DNA of 62,984 nucleotides, the filler included. It is 5 parts of 5 records of this genome, joined end to end, with 100 filler letters (N's around TTAATTAATTAA, not from the genome) between each part and the next. Parts side by side here need not be neighbours in the genome. Positions count along the whole stretch, not along the records: positions 49,955 to 56,481 come from SRR31156797_9791; positions 56,582 to 62,984 come from SRR31156797_9793; 3 more parts are not named here. One strand, given 5' to 3'. Both the position numbers and the translations under genes were made by a program. The first letter of the stretch is position 1. Each line of letters starts with the position of its first letter. This document shows, one piece after another, positions 50,051 through 61,300 of the stretch. A model generated the notes under the pieces. The model was not told the DNA's origin. It was given only the letters and a program-made list of their open reading frames with translations, and ran no database searches.

Positions 50051-53000
50051 GTGACCGGGAGAATAAGGATGCGTCCCAAAACGCCCGAACTAACCAGGGA
50101 ACAGTGGTCTTTTCTGGCCGTCTTTGAAGCGCTTGATCAACCCGTAAAAATAAGCCTGGCCGGCGAACTCGTCCCCCTGCCGCCCGGGCCTTTTATGGAA
50201 TTGATCAGAATCTCCACCGATCAAGGCTGGCTGGATCAAATCGAGATTGATGAATACCGTTTATCGGAAAACATTCCGGAAGAGGTTTTAAACAGGCTTA
50301 AAAAAATTAACAGGCCGCGGGAGCTGAAGCGTCTGCAATCGCTTTTGGAACAATCAGACCTTAAGAATCTGATAAAGCCGGGCGCTTTAACCGGCTTGTT
50401 AAAACGAAGCGGAAGTATGCTGCGGGCCGCTGAAAATGAATATGAAGCAGCCGGCCGCGCCCTTGAAAACTCCAATTATCCCACCGCCGCCGCGCACATG
50501 GAAAAAACCCTGGCCATTCTTGAAGAATCTCAATCCGGGGATGCTTTACAAGTAGTCGCTTCCATGGAGTTGGCCGATATACGCCGCCGCATGGGCAGCC
50601 GGCTCAATGAAACGCCCGAACTTCTCCACAGGGCCCGAAAGACAGCGGTTCGCATGGGGGACCGCCGTTCCTGCGCCCTGATCGATTTAAGGCTGGGCCG
50701 GTTTTCTTTTGTTCATGACAACCTGGCAGACGCCCTGGAATCGCTCGCTTCCGGGCTCGACGAGGTGGACGAACTCGGCGACGAAGATATCATCTCCCAA
50801 TCGTCCGAATATGCCGGATTGTATTACTTCCTTCAGGGCATGCACAAAGATGCAATCAGGTTCTACGACCGGGCCATGGTCGACTCGCAAAGGATGAATA
50901 ACGGCATTGCCGATATTTTTCTACCATTGACTTTCGGAATGTGCGCCGCTTATTTGGGCCAGTTTCACCGGGCTGTCGGCGTCCTGGAATACAGTCGGAA
51001 GCGCGCTCTTGATAGCAGGGAACCCGGGTTGGCTTCTCTTTTCGAATCAGCCCTCGGCATAGTTCTGTTAATAATGGGCGATAAGCGAAAAGCCCGGGAT
51101 CAACTTTTAATTGCTGAACAAAACAGCTTGAAGTTCGAGAATCATCAGGCCTTGTTAATAGCCAGGATAGGCATGGTTCACTACCATTTCCTGGATAAGC
51201 AGTTCGAACGAGGCGCCGATTTAATGCTGGAAAGCACTAGACAGGCCGCTCAAACCGGGCATGTCATTCGCCAGTACATTTTTCCGTTCATCCTGGAAGA
51301 TATCCATGCCTTTGAAAAACTACGAGGCCGGGAAAAAATTAAATTCGATTTGAAAACCGAACTGGAAAGGATACTGGACGGACCGAATATTCACTTGAGA
51401 GGCGCCGCTTATAGGCTTAAGGTGTTGCAACTCCTGGAAGACAAAGGGGATCCAAACGAAATAAGATCGAATCTTGAAGCCAGCCGGCGTTATTTGAAAA
51501 GATCCGGCGATCCGGTCGAACAAGCTAAAACCACGGCCCTGGCGGCCCGCTTTGAACTTGAGACAGGCGCCACTGACAAGGCGGCCGGTACAGCTTGCCG
51601 CGCCCTGAAATACTTGTCCGCATATCAGGATATCTATTTATCTCCGGACCTGTTGAAATTGGCAAAGAGTAAAAACGGCTTCGAAACAAGAATCGATCCC
51701 AAGGCCGATTACCTTGACCGGTTTCTCGATGTTTTGGGCGAATTCAACCCCGGCGCCGACCTTGAAGAAATGTTGACCAGAATGGTTGCGGTTTCAACCC
51801 GGTTTCATTTGGCCGAAAGGGGCGGCTTATTCTGGTTTGACCAGACCGGTAAAAATGCCCTCCCGTTGCTTCGGGCTTCGTTTAACCTGTCGGATCATGA
51901 AGTAGTATCTCCGGATTTTAAAATTCAAATGGGCATGGTGCTGAGGACCTATAAAAGCAATCAACCGGTTATTCACCAACCGGACGCGGCTGAAAAAAAC
52001 AGGGCCGGTTCAACCCCCGGAAGCGTCTTGTGCCTGCCGGTTGAAGTTCAGGGACGTATCAGGGGAGTGCTTTATCACGACAAGAATTATACCGGGGATC
52101 CATTTGAAGATCTTGACGGAAAGACGCTCATCAGGGTTGCGCGGCAAATGAGTTCTCATATTGAACGGATTTGGGAATACAGCCGCCTCGTGGAAAAAAG
52201 AGCCCGAGCCATAGCCGGGCGCCGGGACGGGCCGGAACAGTTGTCGAATGAAGAAATAATCGGTAAAAGCAGGCCGGTGCTCAACCTGCTCGATCAAATC
52301 GACCAGGTGGCCGGATCCGAAGCCAACGTTCTTATTCTGGGCGAAACAGGCGTCGGCAAGGAACTGGTCGCCAGGCGCATCCACAGGAAAAGTGGCAGAA
52401 GCGACGGTCCTTTTATTATCGCCGATCTGACTTCCATCCCCGAAAACCTGGTCGAAAGCGAATTGTTCGGACATGAAAAGGGAGCTTTTACCGGGGCGGA
52501 TCGTCAAAAACCGGGACGCCTGGAATTGGCTGAAGGCGGCGTTCTCTTTCTGGATGAAGTCGGCGAGATGCCTTTATCCGTGCAACCAAAGCTCCTCAGG
52601 GCCTTGCAGGAAAAGACATTTTTCCGAGTAGGCGGAACAAGATCCATTCATTCAGACTTCCGGGTAGCCGCGGCCACAAACAGAAACCTGGAAGAAGAAA
52701 TAGCCGCCGGCCGCTTTCGGGAGGATTTATACTATCGCTTGAACGTGATCCCTTTGCACGTTCAGCCGCTCAGGCAAAGAGGAGAAGACGTCATCATATT
52801 GGCCCGGCATTTTCTTGAATTCTACAAACGCAAATACAACAAGCCTTTCCTCGAATTCTCGACCGAGGATGAAAAGGAGATTAAAAACCACCAGTGGCCC
52901 GGCAATGTCCGCGAACTGAAAAATATCATCGAAAGGGCGGTGCTGGTTTCAGATGATAAACTCTTGGAATTATACCTGCCTCAAAAAATGAAAACCTCGC

Positions 53001-53182
53001 CTCTGGCAAATCCTTTTTCCGACATCCCGGATATGGATGAACTTCAAAGGCGGTATATTCGATATGTTCTTGACATAGCCGGCGGAAGAATAGCCGGCCC
53101 GGGAGGCGCCGCGGAAATGCTGGGCATGAAACGCAGCACCCTGTACACACGCATGCACAAGTTGGGCATGACCAAGGATTAA
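50051..53182 (+). CDS. Sigma-54-dependent enhancer-binding protein with TPR-like and GAF domains
   Basis: GETGVGKE, ESELFGHEKGAFTGA, LFLDEVGE, FREDLYYRL, WPGNVREL, Fis-type HTH; start may be ATG 50069. Confidence 0.93.
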   Translation: MTGRIRMRPKTPELTREQWSFLAVFEALDQPVKISLAGELVPLPPGPFMELIRISTDQGWLDQIEIDEYRLSENIPEEVLNRLKKINRPRELKRLQSLLEQSDLKNLIKPGALTGLLKRSGSMLRAAENEYEAAGRALENSNYPTAAAHMEKTLAILEESQSGDALQVVASMELADIRRRMGSRLNETPELLHRARKTAVRMGDRRSCALIDLRLGRFSFVHDNLADALESLASGLDEVDELGDEDIISQSSEYAGLYYFLQGMHKDAIRFYDRAMVDSQRMNNGIADIFLPLTFGMCAAYLGQFHRAVGVLEYSRKRALDSREPGLASLFESALGIVLLIMGDKRKARDQLLIAEQNSLKFENHQALLIARIGMVHYHFLDKQFERGADLMLESTRQAAQTGHVIRQYIFPFILEDIHAFEKLRGREKIKFDLKTELERILDGPNIHLRGAAYRLKVLQLLEDKGDPNEIRSNLEASRRYLKRSGDPVEQAKTTALAARFELETGATDKAAGTACRALKYLSAYQDIYLSPDLLKLAKSKNGFETRIDPKADYLDRFLDVLGEFNPGADLEEMLTRMVAVSTRFHLAERGGLFWFDQTGKNALPLLRASFNLSDHEVVSPDFKIQMGMVLRTYKSNQPVIHQPDAAEKNRAGSTPGSVLCLPVEVQGRIRGVLYHDKNYTGDPFEDLDGKTLIRVARQMSSHIERIWEYSRLVEKRARAIAGRRDGPEQLSNEEIIGKSRPVLNLLDQIDQVAGSEANVLILGETGVGKELVARRIHRKSGRSDGPFIIADLTSIPENLVESELFGHEKGAFTGADRQKPGRLELAEGGVLFLDEVGEMPLSVQPKLLRALQEKTFFRVGGTRSIHSDFRVAAATNRNLEEEIAAGRFREDLYYRLNVIPLHVQPLRQRGEDVIILARHFLEFYKRKYNKPFLEFSTEDEKEIKNHQWPGNVRELKNIIERAVLVSDDKLLELYLPQKMKTSPLANPFSDIPDMDELQRRYIRYVLDIAGGRIAGPGGAAEMLGMKRSTLYTRMHKLGMTKD

Positions 53183-53209
53183 AAGCTGTTTTTGGGTTGT
53201 GCGTTCTAT

Positions 53210-55582
53210 CTATCCGTCAGGATTGCCCCCCAGCACCTTTATTTCCACGGTGTCGTAGTTGCCGGCCAGGTCCATGACCGTCAGATTATATCTGCCCGGT
53301 CTCTTAAACCTGAAATAATGAGGCCTGCCTATGCCGGTCCGCCCTATCAATTCTCCATTCAGCATCCAATACAGCCGCCCCTGGCCCCCCAAGGCCTGTA
53401 GAGTGACCATGGGCAGCCTGATCTCGGCGCCCTGCGGGCGAAATACGGTTCCGGGTTCTATATCAAGAATGCGTATGTTGACCGGTAGGGCGGAAGCAGG
53501 TTTTTTACACCCGGGATCAATATTCGGAATGCGTGAAATTTTCCTTAAATGCGGACTCAACCAGGGTTCCACCGCCCTCGGCCACCTGGCGATTTCCCTG
53601 ATAACAGGCGTCCCGATATGGCAATCCGCATCGACCCTGAGCCCGGTCAGGGGATTCAACAGGATCGTTATCGGATTTTTTTGCCAATACCTGTCCGTCC
53701 TGTCGGGCAGGGTGGGAGGAACCGCTCCATCCAGCAGCCAGGCCGTCCTCTTCTGGTGGCACAGGGGATCGTTGTCTTCCCGGGGAATTGTTCCAAGCGG
53801 CCAACAGATAACCGCCTTTTTTACATTGTCCGGCGCCGGCGGAGGCGGCCCGTATTTTCTGGGCAAGGCGTCCACCAGGGAAAAAAGCAGGGGCGCGGCC
53901 GTGGCCCGGCCGTATTGCCCCGGCGAAGGCGTCCCGTCAGGCCGTCCGATCCACACCCCGACCGTGTATTCATCGGTCACGCCAATAGCCCAGGCGTCCC
54001 GAAAGCCGTAGCTCGTGCCGGTTTTCCAGGCCACCTGGCGGCTCCTGGCCAGAGTCAGCCTGCCGCCGGGCAGGTCGCTGCGCTTATGCTCCTGTAAAAT
54101 CCTGCGGATAATATACGCGGCGCCGGCCTGCATCAGCCTTCGTTCCTTCAACGCCTCGTCCGCGGTATAACGAAGCTTTCCGGCCTTGCCTTCCCTGGCC
54201 AGGGCCGAGTACGCGCTGACCAGGTCTTCCAGCGTCGTTCCAACGCCGCCGAGTATCATGGACAGGTTGGGTGAAGCATGTCTGGGGAAAGAAAGGTTAA
54301 GCCCGCCCTGCCTCAAACGTGAGTCAAACAACTCCGGACCAAGGCGATCCAGCAGGTCTACGGCAGGTACATTCAAGGATCTGTGCAAGGCCTCGCTCGC
54401 GCTGACAGGACCGCTGAATCCCTTGCTGAAATTCCCGGGCCTGTACCCGGTAAATAATATGGGTGCGTCCACCAGCAGGCTTTCTGAATGAATCAGTCCC
54501 TCTTCCATGGCAAAGCCGTATAAAAAAGGCTTGAGAGTGGAACCAGGAGACCTGCGGGCCCGGATCATGTCCACATGTCCGTACCGCTTATCATTAAAAA
54601 AGTCCGCGCTGCCCACATACGCCTTGACGCTCATGGTTCTGTTTTCCACAACCAGGGCCGCGGCCGATGTTCGCGGCGGAGTCGCCAGAACATACCTGTG
54701 GACAATATCGGCCATTACGCGCTGGGTTGTTAGGTCGATGGTTGTTTTTACCGGTTTTGCAGGCCCGCCGCGATTTTTCAATCGCCGGGCCAGTAGAGGC
54801 GCGTTCATGGGGCGAGGGTTGAAGCGGGCCTCGACCTTTTCAATCCGGGCTTCTTCTACAATCTTCTCCGACCAGATTCCGAAACGGGCCATGCGCCTGA
54901 GCACCTTGTCCCTGGCCCTTGTCGCCCGATCCGCGTGTCGGTCCGGCCTCAACCTGCTGGGCGCCTGGGGCAGCACGGCCAAAAGAGCAGCTTCCGCATG
55001 ACTCAATTCCGAGACCGATTTGCCCAGATATGCGTACCCTGCCGCCTGCACCCCTTCCACTGTCCCGCCGAAAGGCGCATAATTTAAATAAAGGGTAAGA
55101 ATTTCATCCTTGGTTAGATGATACTCAAGCTGCAATGCCCTGAATATTTGCTTGATCTTGCCGGGTATGTTTTTTTCATGAGGGTCGAATATGCGAGCCG
55201 TCTGCATGGTCAGGGTCGATCCCCCGGACATGGGCCTTCCATTATACAGCCAGCGGCCCGCGGCCCGCAGCAGAGACCAGGGATTCACTCCCGGATGACG
55301 CCGAAACCAGCGGTCTTCATAGTTTATTAAAGCCTCAAGATACAAGGGGGAAACGTCTTCCGTCCCAATGGGATAACGCCACACTCCCTTCTTGTCCGGG
55401 AAGCCCCGTAGCGGCGAACCGTCTTCAGCCGTCACGGCCACGGCAAAATCGCCGGCTTTCCCGGGAAACGGAAAAGGAAAAACAGCATCCAAAACAAGAA
55501 AAACGGAAACGGGGATTATAACCAGCGCCGCCAGGGCGGCGACGCTGCGACTCCATTTTTCTTTTTTGGATCTTCCCGCCAT
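53210..55582 (-). CDS. pbpC: Penicillin-binding protein 1C
   Basis: EDRWF and GGSTLTMQ transglycosylase motifs; STLK, SLN, KTGTSYG; downstream of alpha-2-macroglobulin. Confidence 0.95.
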   Translation of the reverse strand: MAGRSKKEKWSRSVAALAALVIIPVSVFLVLDAVFPFPFPGKAGDFAVAVTAEDGSPLRGFPDKKGVWRYPIGTEDVSPLYLEALINYEDRWFRRHPGVNPWSLLRAAGRWLYNGRPMSGGSTLTMQTARIFDPHEKNIPGKIKQIFRALQLEYHLTKDEILTLYLNYAPFGGTVEGVQAAGYAYLGKSVSELSHAEAALLAVLPQAPSRLRPDRHADRATRARDKVLRRMARFGIWSEKIVEEARIEKVEARFNPRPMNAPLLARRLKNRGGPAKPVKTTIDLTTQRVMADIVHRYVLATPPRTSAAALVVENRTMSVKAYVGSADFFNDKRYGHVDMIRARRSPGSTLKPFLYGFAMEEGLIHSESLLVDAPILFTGYRPGNFSKGFSGPVSASEALHRSLNVPAVDLLDRLGPELFDSRLRQGGLNLSFPRHASPNLSMILGGVGTTLEDLVSAYSALAREGKAGKLRYTADEALKERRLMQAGAAYIIRRILQEHKRSDLPGGRLTLARSRQVAWKTGTSYGFRDAWAIGVTDEYTVGVWIGRPDGTPSPGQYGRATAAPLLFSLVDALPRKYGPPPPAPDNVKKAVICWPLGTIPREDNDPLCHQKRTAWLLDGAVPPTLPDRTDRYWQKNPITILLNPLTGLRVDADCHIGTPVIREIARWPRAVEPWLSPHLRKISRIPNIDPGCKKPASALPVNIRILDIEPGTVFRPQGAEIRLPMVTLQALGGQGRLYWMLNGELIGRTGIGRPHYFRFKRPGRYNLTVMDLAGNYDTVEIKVLGGNPDG

Positions 55583-55592
55583 TCAATCCGGC

Positions 55593-56480
55593 CTAACGCC
55601 TGTTAATCACCCGCACCGGCGGAGGCGTCTCGCCGATACCCCTTATTTCCGGCCGGTACATGGATTCCATGAACAGGGGCGGAACATTGAATTCGCCGGG
55701 GCTGACAACACGAACCAGGTAAAAGAGGTGATAGTCCTTGTTTCTGGAAACCCTCATGGCCGCCACGTAACGGTCGTCCCTGTATTCTTCGTGGAGTATT
55801 CTGTTCCGGTTTCTAAGTCGCCATATGGGCTTGCCTTCTATTTTGGTCTCCTCGACTTCGGAATCTTCAATCTTCACGCTATACTTGAAATTCGGGTTCT
55901 CAATTTCAAAACCGGCCGGCAACAGGTCGACCAGTAATGCGTCCGGCATGGATTTCTTCGAATTGACCAATATGTGCACGAGATAAAGGTCGCCGACATT
56001 GAATTCGGTTCCCTTAACCAGGGCGCCTTTCATATCATACAATTCCCGCTCCAGTAATATCAGCGAATCGTCCATCTCCGGCGGACTTTTGGTATAACCG
56101 CCGACAACCGCGGATAAATACACCGGGCGCTGGCTGTCCGAACGAAACGCGATGCCCTCTGTTATTTGATCAACCTTCGGGACCATAATATAAGGCGCCT
56201 TTTGCCTGAGTATCGTTTCCCGGCCGCCTGCTTTCAATACGCCGCCCCATTCCTTGTTTGTAATGGTTTCAAGGGCCATACCCAAAGAGAAAAGAGCATA
56301 TTTTTCCTGTGTGGAAAACCATCTTCTCTGACGCAAGCCGTCATCCAGGTCGACAATTATGCTTTCCAGGCCCGCGGCCTCTTCATTGTGCGAAATGAGA
56401 AGGGCCGCGGTCATGGCCAGGTCGCGTATGGGGCTGCCGTAATCTCCCCAGTAATGCCTGCCGGCGCGGCGCAGTTTGAC
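55593..56480 (-). CDS. Bacterial alpha-2-macroglobulin (YfhM-like), C-terminal fragment
   Basis: Frame open into the linker: GDYGSPIRD, WFSTQE, DLLPAGFEIEN, RDDR, ESMYRP. Confidence 0.92.
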   Translation of the reverse strand, partial: VKLRRAGRHYWGDYGSPIRDLAMTAALLISHNEEAAGLESIIVDLDDGLRQRRWFSTQEKYALFSLGMALETITNKEWGGVLKAGGRETILRQKAPYIMVPKVDQITEGIAFRSDSQRPVYLSAVVGGYTKSPPEMDDSLILLERELYDMKGALVKGTEFNVGDLYLVHILVNSKKSMPDALLVDLLPAGFEIENPNFKYSVKIEDSEVEETKIEGKPIWRLRNRNRILHEEYRDDRYVAAMRVSRNKDYHLFYLVRVVSPGEFNVPPLFMESMYRPEIRGIGETPPPVRVINRR

Positions 56481-56481
56481 C

Positions 56482-56581
56482 NNNNNNNNNNNNNNNNNNN
56501 NNNNNNNNNNNNNNNNNNNNNNNNNTTAATTAATTAANNNNNNNNNNNNNNNNNNNNNNNNNNNNNNNNNNNNNNNNNNNN
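56482..56581. other. Artificial contig linker
   Basis: N44-TTAATTAATTAA-N44. Confidence 0.99.
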
Positions 56582-56639
56582 AACCGGGTGTTCATTTTAA
56601 GGTTTAACTGATTTAGAAGTAACTAAAATCCGAAAGAGA

Positions 56640-58301
56640 TTAATACCCCGGATTTTGTTCTACTAATTCATTTACATCTAGTTCGCTCACCGGAATTGGC
56701 ATTAACAAATCTTGCGGGAACTCACATTCAGTGCCTTTATACATATCATCAACACCATAGCGAACCAAGACTTTATTTGAATTAGGACCTGCTCCCAATT
56801 CTTCTTCCACAATACCCCAACGACGAAGGTCAAATATCCTTATTCCTTCCAAATTCAGTTCAATACGGCGTTCGTGTCTTAATTTTGCGGTTGCATCTTC
56901 TTTACCCGAAGCCGTTACTGCCGGCATATTAACTGAAGGACGAGCCCTAACCTTGTTTATTTGAGCCATACCTTCTGAATATTTTCCATTTTCGATTAAA
57001 GCTTCGGCATAAAAAAGTAGTAATTCGGCATACCTTAATAATGGGATATCATAACCACTTGCCTGAACTGTACTCAGTCCTTCAATTGACGATACAATCT
57101 TACGTGTGCTCATATGAGAAGGAGACCAACCGGCCTGATAGAAAATTGAATCTCCATCATGATAAGTATATGAATCTCCTGTTACAGGATTCGTATAGTC
57201 AGTGGTTTCTCCATAGTGAATTCCGTAAAAATCACCGGGTACCCACATGGAATATTCACGGCGTGGATCGCCTGATTCAAACTCGTCGTATAGATCTCGT
57301 GTTGGCATAACATAGCCCCATCCATCTCCGCCCATCACGGCATAAATTACCGGAGCTAAAGTAGGACCATTGGGTGTTTCTCCTCCACGAGGTAAACGTT
57401 CAACCATACCCTCAAACATGTTCCTATTTTTACTCCCGTCATCGTTCGATTTAAAATTCAGGGTAAAAATAAATTCCTTATTTGGCTGCGATGTTTCAGA
57501 CATCATATATTCATAGTCATCCATAAGTTCGTAACCGGAAGCATCAGCAATTTCGATCGCCTCTTTTGCAGCTGTTTCTGCATTTGAGTAATCTTTATCG
57601 TATAAATATGCTCTTGCTAAATAACCTGCTGCTGCTGCCTTGTTTGGGAAACCATATTCATCGGTAGGCCATTGTTCCGGAAGATGTTCTTTTGCATAAA
57701 TCAAATCTTCAATAATCAATTCATATACCTTATCAACCGGTGTTCTAGCCTTGTAGCCATCTTCAATATTAGCAATGAATTCTTCGTGCAAAGGAACAGC
57801 TCCATATAAACTGGTTAAATAAATATAACTAAAAGCACGCATAAATTTTGCTGCACCCACATATTGATTTCGCTGCTCTTCGGTGAATTTTTCATCCGAT
57901 GAGGTTGGAATATATTCGATACAGAAATTTGCATCGTTCACGCTTCTAAAAATGTAAATCCACCAGTCTTTAAATGCATCTTTGGTTGTATGATATTCTT
58001 CGTAGGTGTAATTATTAACTAATGCACGTGTATCTTTTATTCGGGTGTAAGCATCATCTGTCATAATATCCAGATATTTTAGCATCCACCTCTGATACAT
58101 GGTATAACGTTTATTCCAGTTTGAAAAGATTGCTGCAACAGCTCCACTGGCTGATGATGCATCAACAAAATAATTACTCACATTTACAGCATCCTGTGGA
58201 TATTTATCTAATAATTCAGATTCATTGCAATTATTAAAAACAAGCACTAAAACCATAATTATGGATATGCCTACAATTTTATTTTTTAATTTTATTTTCA
58301 T
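56640..58301 (-). CDS. RagB/SusD family lipoprotein
   Basis: Cys after signal peptide; AKFMRA, LLRYAELLL, ERRIEL.LEG.R.FDLRRW, QNPGY terminus. Confidence 0.96.
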   Translation of the reverse strand: MKIKLKNKIVGISIIMVLVLVFNNCNESELLDKYPQDAVNVSNYFVDASSASGAVAAIFSNWNKRYTMYQRWMLKYLDIMTDDAYTRIKDTRALVNNYTYEEYHTTKDAFKDWWIYIFRSVNDANFCIEYIPTSSDEKFTEEQRNQYVGAAKFMRAFSYIYLTSLYGAVPLHEEFIANIEDGYKARTPVDKVYELIIEDLIYAKEHLPEQWPTDEYGFPNKAAAAGYLARAYLYDKDYSNAETAAKEAIEIADASGYELMDDYEYMMSETSQPNKEFIFTLNFKSNDDGSKNRNMFEGMVERLPRGGETPNGPTLAPVIYAVMGGDGWGYVMPTRDLYDEFESGDPRREYSMWVPGDFYGIHYGETTDYTNPVTGDSYTYHDGDSIFYQAGWSPSHMSTRKIVSSIEGLSTVQASGYDIPLLRYAELLLFYAEALIENGKYSEGMAQINKVRARPSVNMPAVTASGKEDATAKLRHERRIELNLEGIRIFDLRRWGIVEEELGAGPNSNKVLVRYGVDDMYKGTECEFPQDLLMPIPVSELDVNELVEQNPGY

Positions 58302-58319
58302 CGTTATTCTATTTTAGCA

Positions 58320-61300
58320 TTAAAAGGAAAGCTTCACTCCCATTGTCATTGTTCGCGGCAGAGGCATTTTTTGTGCTGGATTGCCATAATAGCCACTTTT
58401 ATATGTAACATCAACTTCAACACCTCTGTAATCCGATTTTGTGAACGTATAGAGATTTTGAGCAGTAAAATAGACTTGAGCATTTTTCAGTAACACTTTA
58501 TCGCAAACCTGTTGTGGCAGGTTGTACGAAAATGTAACGTTGCTTATTTTCAAATAAGAAGCGTCAGATAACCAGAAATCTGAGAATGAGAAGTTCCCGG
58601 CCGGGTCGGATGTTTGAATTCGGGGCATATTGCCATCCGGATTTTCTGTTTCGTGCCAACGGTCGAGTATTAGGGTGCGGTTGTTTTCCGGATTTCCCAT
58701 AAAATAATTACCTGTGGTATATGGCAAATCAATTCCATTAACTCCCTGCATTTGTACACTCAGCGAAAATGATTTATAATAGAAATTTGAAACCAGTCCG
58801 TAGGTAAAATCAGGATAACGTTTGCCAATTATTGTCTTATCTGCATTATCGATAACACCAGTTTCACCTTCGTCGCTCTCAACGTCCAGCAACCACACAT
58901 CTCCCAAGGCCAAGTTACTTCTTGAAGGAGCAGCAGCTAAATCTGCTTCAGTTTTAATAATTCCGTTACTTTTAAATCCATAATATGAATAAACCGGTTC
59001 TCCAACTTTTAATCCTGAAGTTGTCAGATCTTCTCCAAGTAAATCAATTACTTCGTTTCTATGACGCGCAAAGTTCATGTTAATATCATAACTAAAGTCA
59101 CCTTTTTTCCCTCTGATTCCGAGATCAATTTCAAGTCCGCGATTTTCAACCTCACCTCCGTTCACCATTAATCCTCCACTTTTTCCGGAAGATGTTGGTA
59201 ATGGTTTTGAGAATAGAAGATCGGTTGTATTTGCAACAAAATAAACAGCAGAAAGAGAAAACTTAGAATCGAGAAATGACATATCAATTCCCAGGTCTTT
59301 CTTTTTTGTTGTTTCCCATTTTAAATCTGTATTCACCGCTGATCTAAAGCTATAAGCCGGAACTACAGTCTCATTAAGAACGTAGGTAGTTGTACCGAGA
59401 GATGCATAGGTTGGATAGTTTCCAACAGCTGAATTCCCAACAGTTCCATAGCTGGCTCTTATCTTGAGGTCATTTACTGTGTTCTTAATGTTTGCAAAGA
59501 AATTCTCTTCGGAAATTCGCCAACCAACCGATACTGATGGAAATGTTGCCCATCGGTTATCTTCTGAAAAACGTGAAGATCCATCGCGTCTGATTGTTGC
59601 CTGAACCAGGTATTTGCCTGCATAATCGTAATTAAAACGACCAAGATAGGATACAAAAGACCAGTCGGAGTATCCGTTTGAATTGGCTGCTGTTGATGGA
59701 TCGGCTGCATCTAAGTATGTAATTGAGTTTAATGGCGTATCATCTCTCGACCCGGTTAAATATTCATAGGTTGATTCTTCCTGCGAATAAACTCCCAGAA
59801 CTTTAAAATTGTGCTTTTCATTTATTGTTTTTTCGTATTCTGCCATAAAATCGGCTTGCCAGTGCAAACTGTTACTTGTCGATTTACTAATTTGATTCAC
59901 ATCGATCGATTCTGTTCCTTCAAGATGTACAGTTGGTGTAAATGAGGCAGAATTGGTATATCCTTTTGTAACACTTATTTTTGGTGTTATGCTAAGTCCT
60001 TTTACCGGTTTTATCTTAACATATATATTTCCTGAGAAACCGTTATAGTCAGTCGAACGTTCATATTCATTTGCGATTAAATGAGGTGGGATATACCTGT
60101 ATTCTATACCCTCATAGCGCGTGTAACCATAACTTCCATCTTCTTCATAGGGTCTTGTTAAAGGTGTTTTCCTTAAGGCTCCCAAATATGGATTTGGTGA
60201 ATTTGGGTAGTTAACATAACCCAAACTTGGCAAACCAAAATTCTTATAACTATGAAGTGACAAAGTGTTTCCAAATTCGATATAATCACCTATTCTGTGA
60301 TCGCTGTTAAATCTGAAATTAATTTTTTTCTGTCCTTGTCCGATTACTACTCCGTCTTGTTTCTGATAGTTTGACGAAATAAAGTAATTCGATTTATCGC
60401 TTCCTCCACTTACCGAAAGATCGTAATATTCTAAACTACCTGTACGTGTTATTTCATCAATCCAGTCGGTATCAATAATATTTCCGTTTGCATCCCGGTA
60501 ATATTGATCTACCAGATCGCCCGTATTGGGCACATCCTGGCCTGAATTTGCATAAGATTCTTCCAATAGGTGTAAGAAATCTTCAGAATGTAACATGTCG
60601 GATTTCAAATTTGATTGAGTTTGAATCCCATAGTAAGTGTGAAAGGTGATTTGAGGAGCACCTTTTTTCCCTCGTTTTGTGGTAATTACTACCACTCCAT
60701 TTGCAGCTCTCGAGCCATAAATTGCCGTAGACGATGCATCTTTTAATACCGAAATATTTTCGATATCATTCAAGTTTACATGTCCCATTCCGTCCGAAAT
60801 AATTCCATCAATCACATAAATAGGATTGTTGGAAGCATTAATCGATTGTATTCCCCTAATATTTATCTGGACACTGGCTCCTGGTTGCCCGGAAACAGGA
60901 GTAATGGTTATCCCTGCTGCTTTCCCCTGCAATGCAAATAAAGGATTAACTACTGTATTTTTACTAAGGTCGTTGCCAGTAACAGAAGAAACAGAGCCTG
61001 TTAAATCAGCTTTCCTCATTGTTCCGTACCCCACTGCTACAACCTCTTCAAGGCCAATGGCATCTACTTCCATTACCACGTTAAGAAAAGATTGGTTATC
61101 TATGTTAATTTCTTGTGTTTTCATCCCTACAAAAGAAAAAACAAGAATACCATCTAAAGGTGCATTTGAAATGGAATAGCTACCATCTGAATCGGTAACC
61201 GTTCCCTGACTGGTACCTTTAACGATGATCGTAACACCGGGAAGAGGAGAACCTGAAGAATCTGAAACTTTTCCTGAAATATTTCGTTGTTGACTTTCAT

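Noticed and set aside
53331-55937. Long plus-strand ORFs opposite pbpC and the macroglobulin gene
   Set aside because: Antisense shadows of GC-rich coding sequence with no recognisable motifs.
53210-56480. Alpha-2-macroglobulin/pbpC pair as a novel system
   Set aside because: Well-known conserved operon (yfhM-pbpC).
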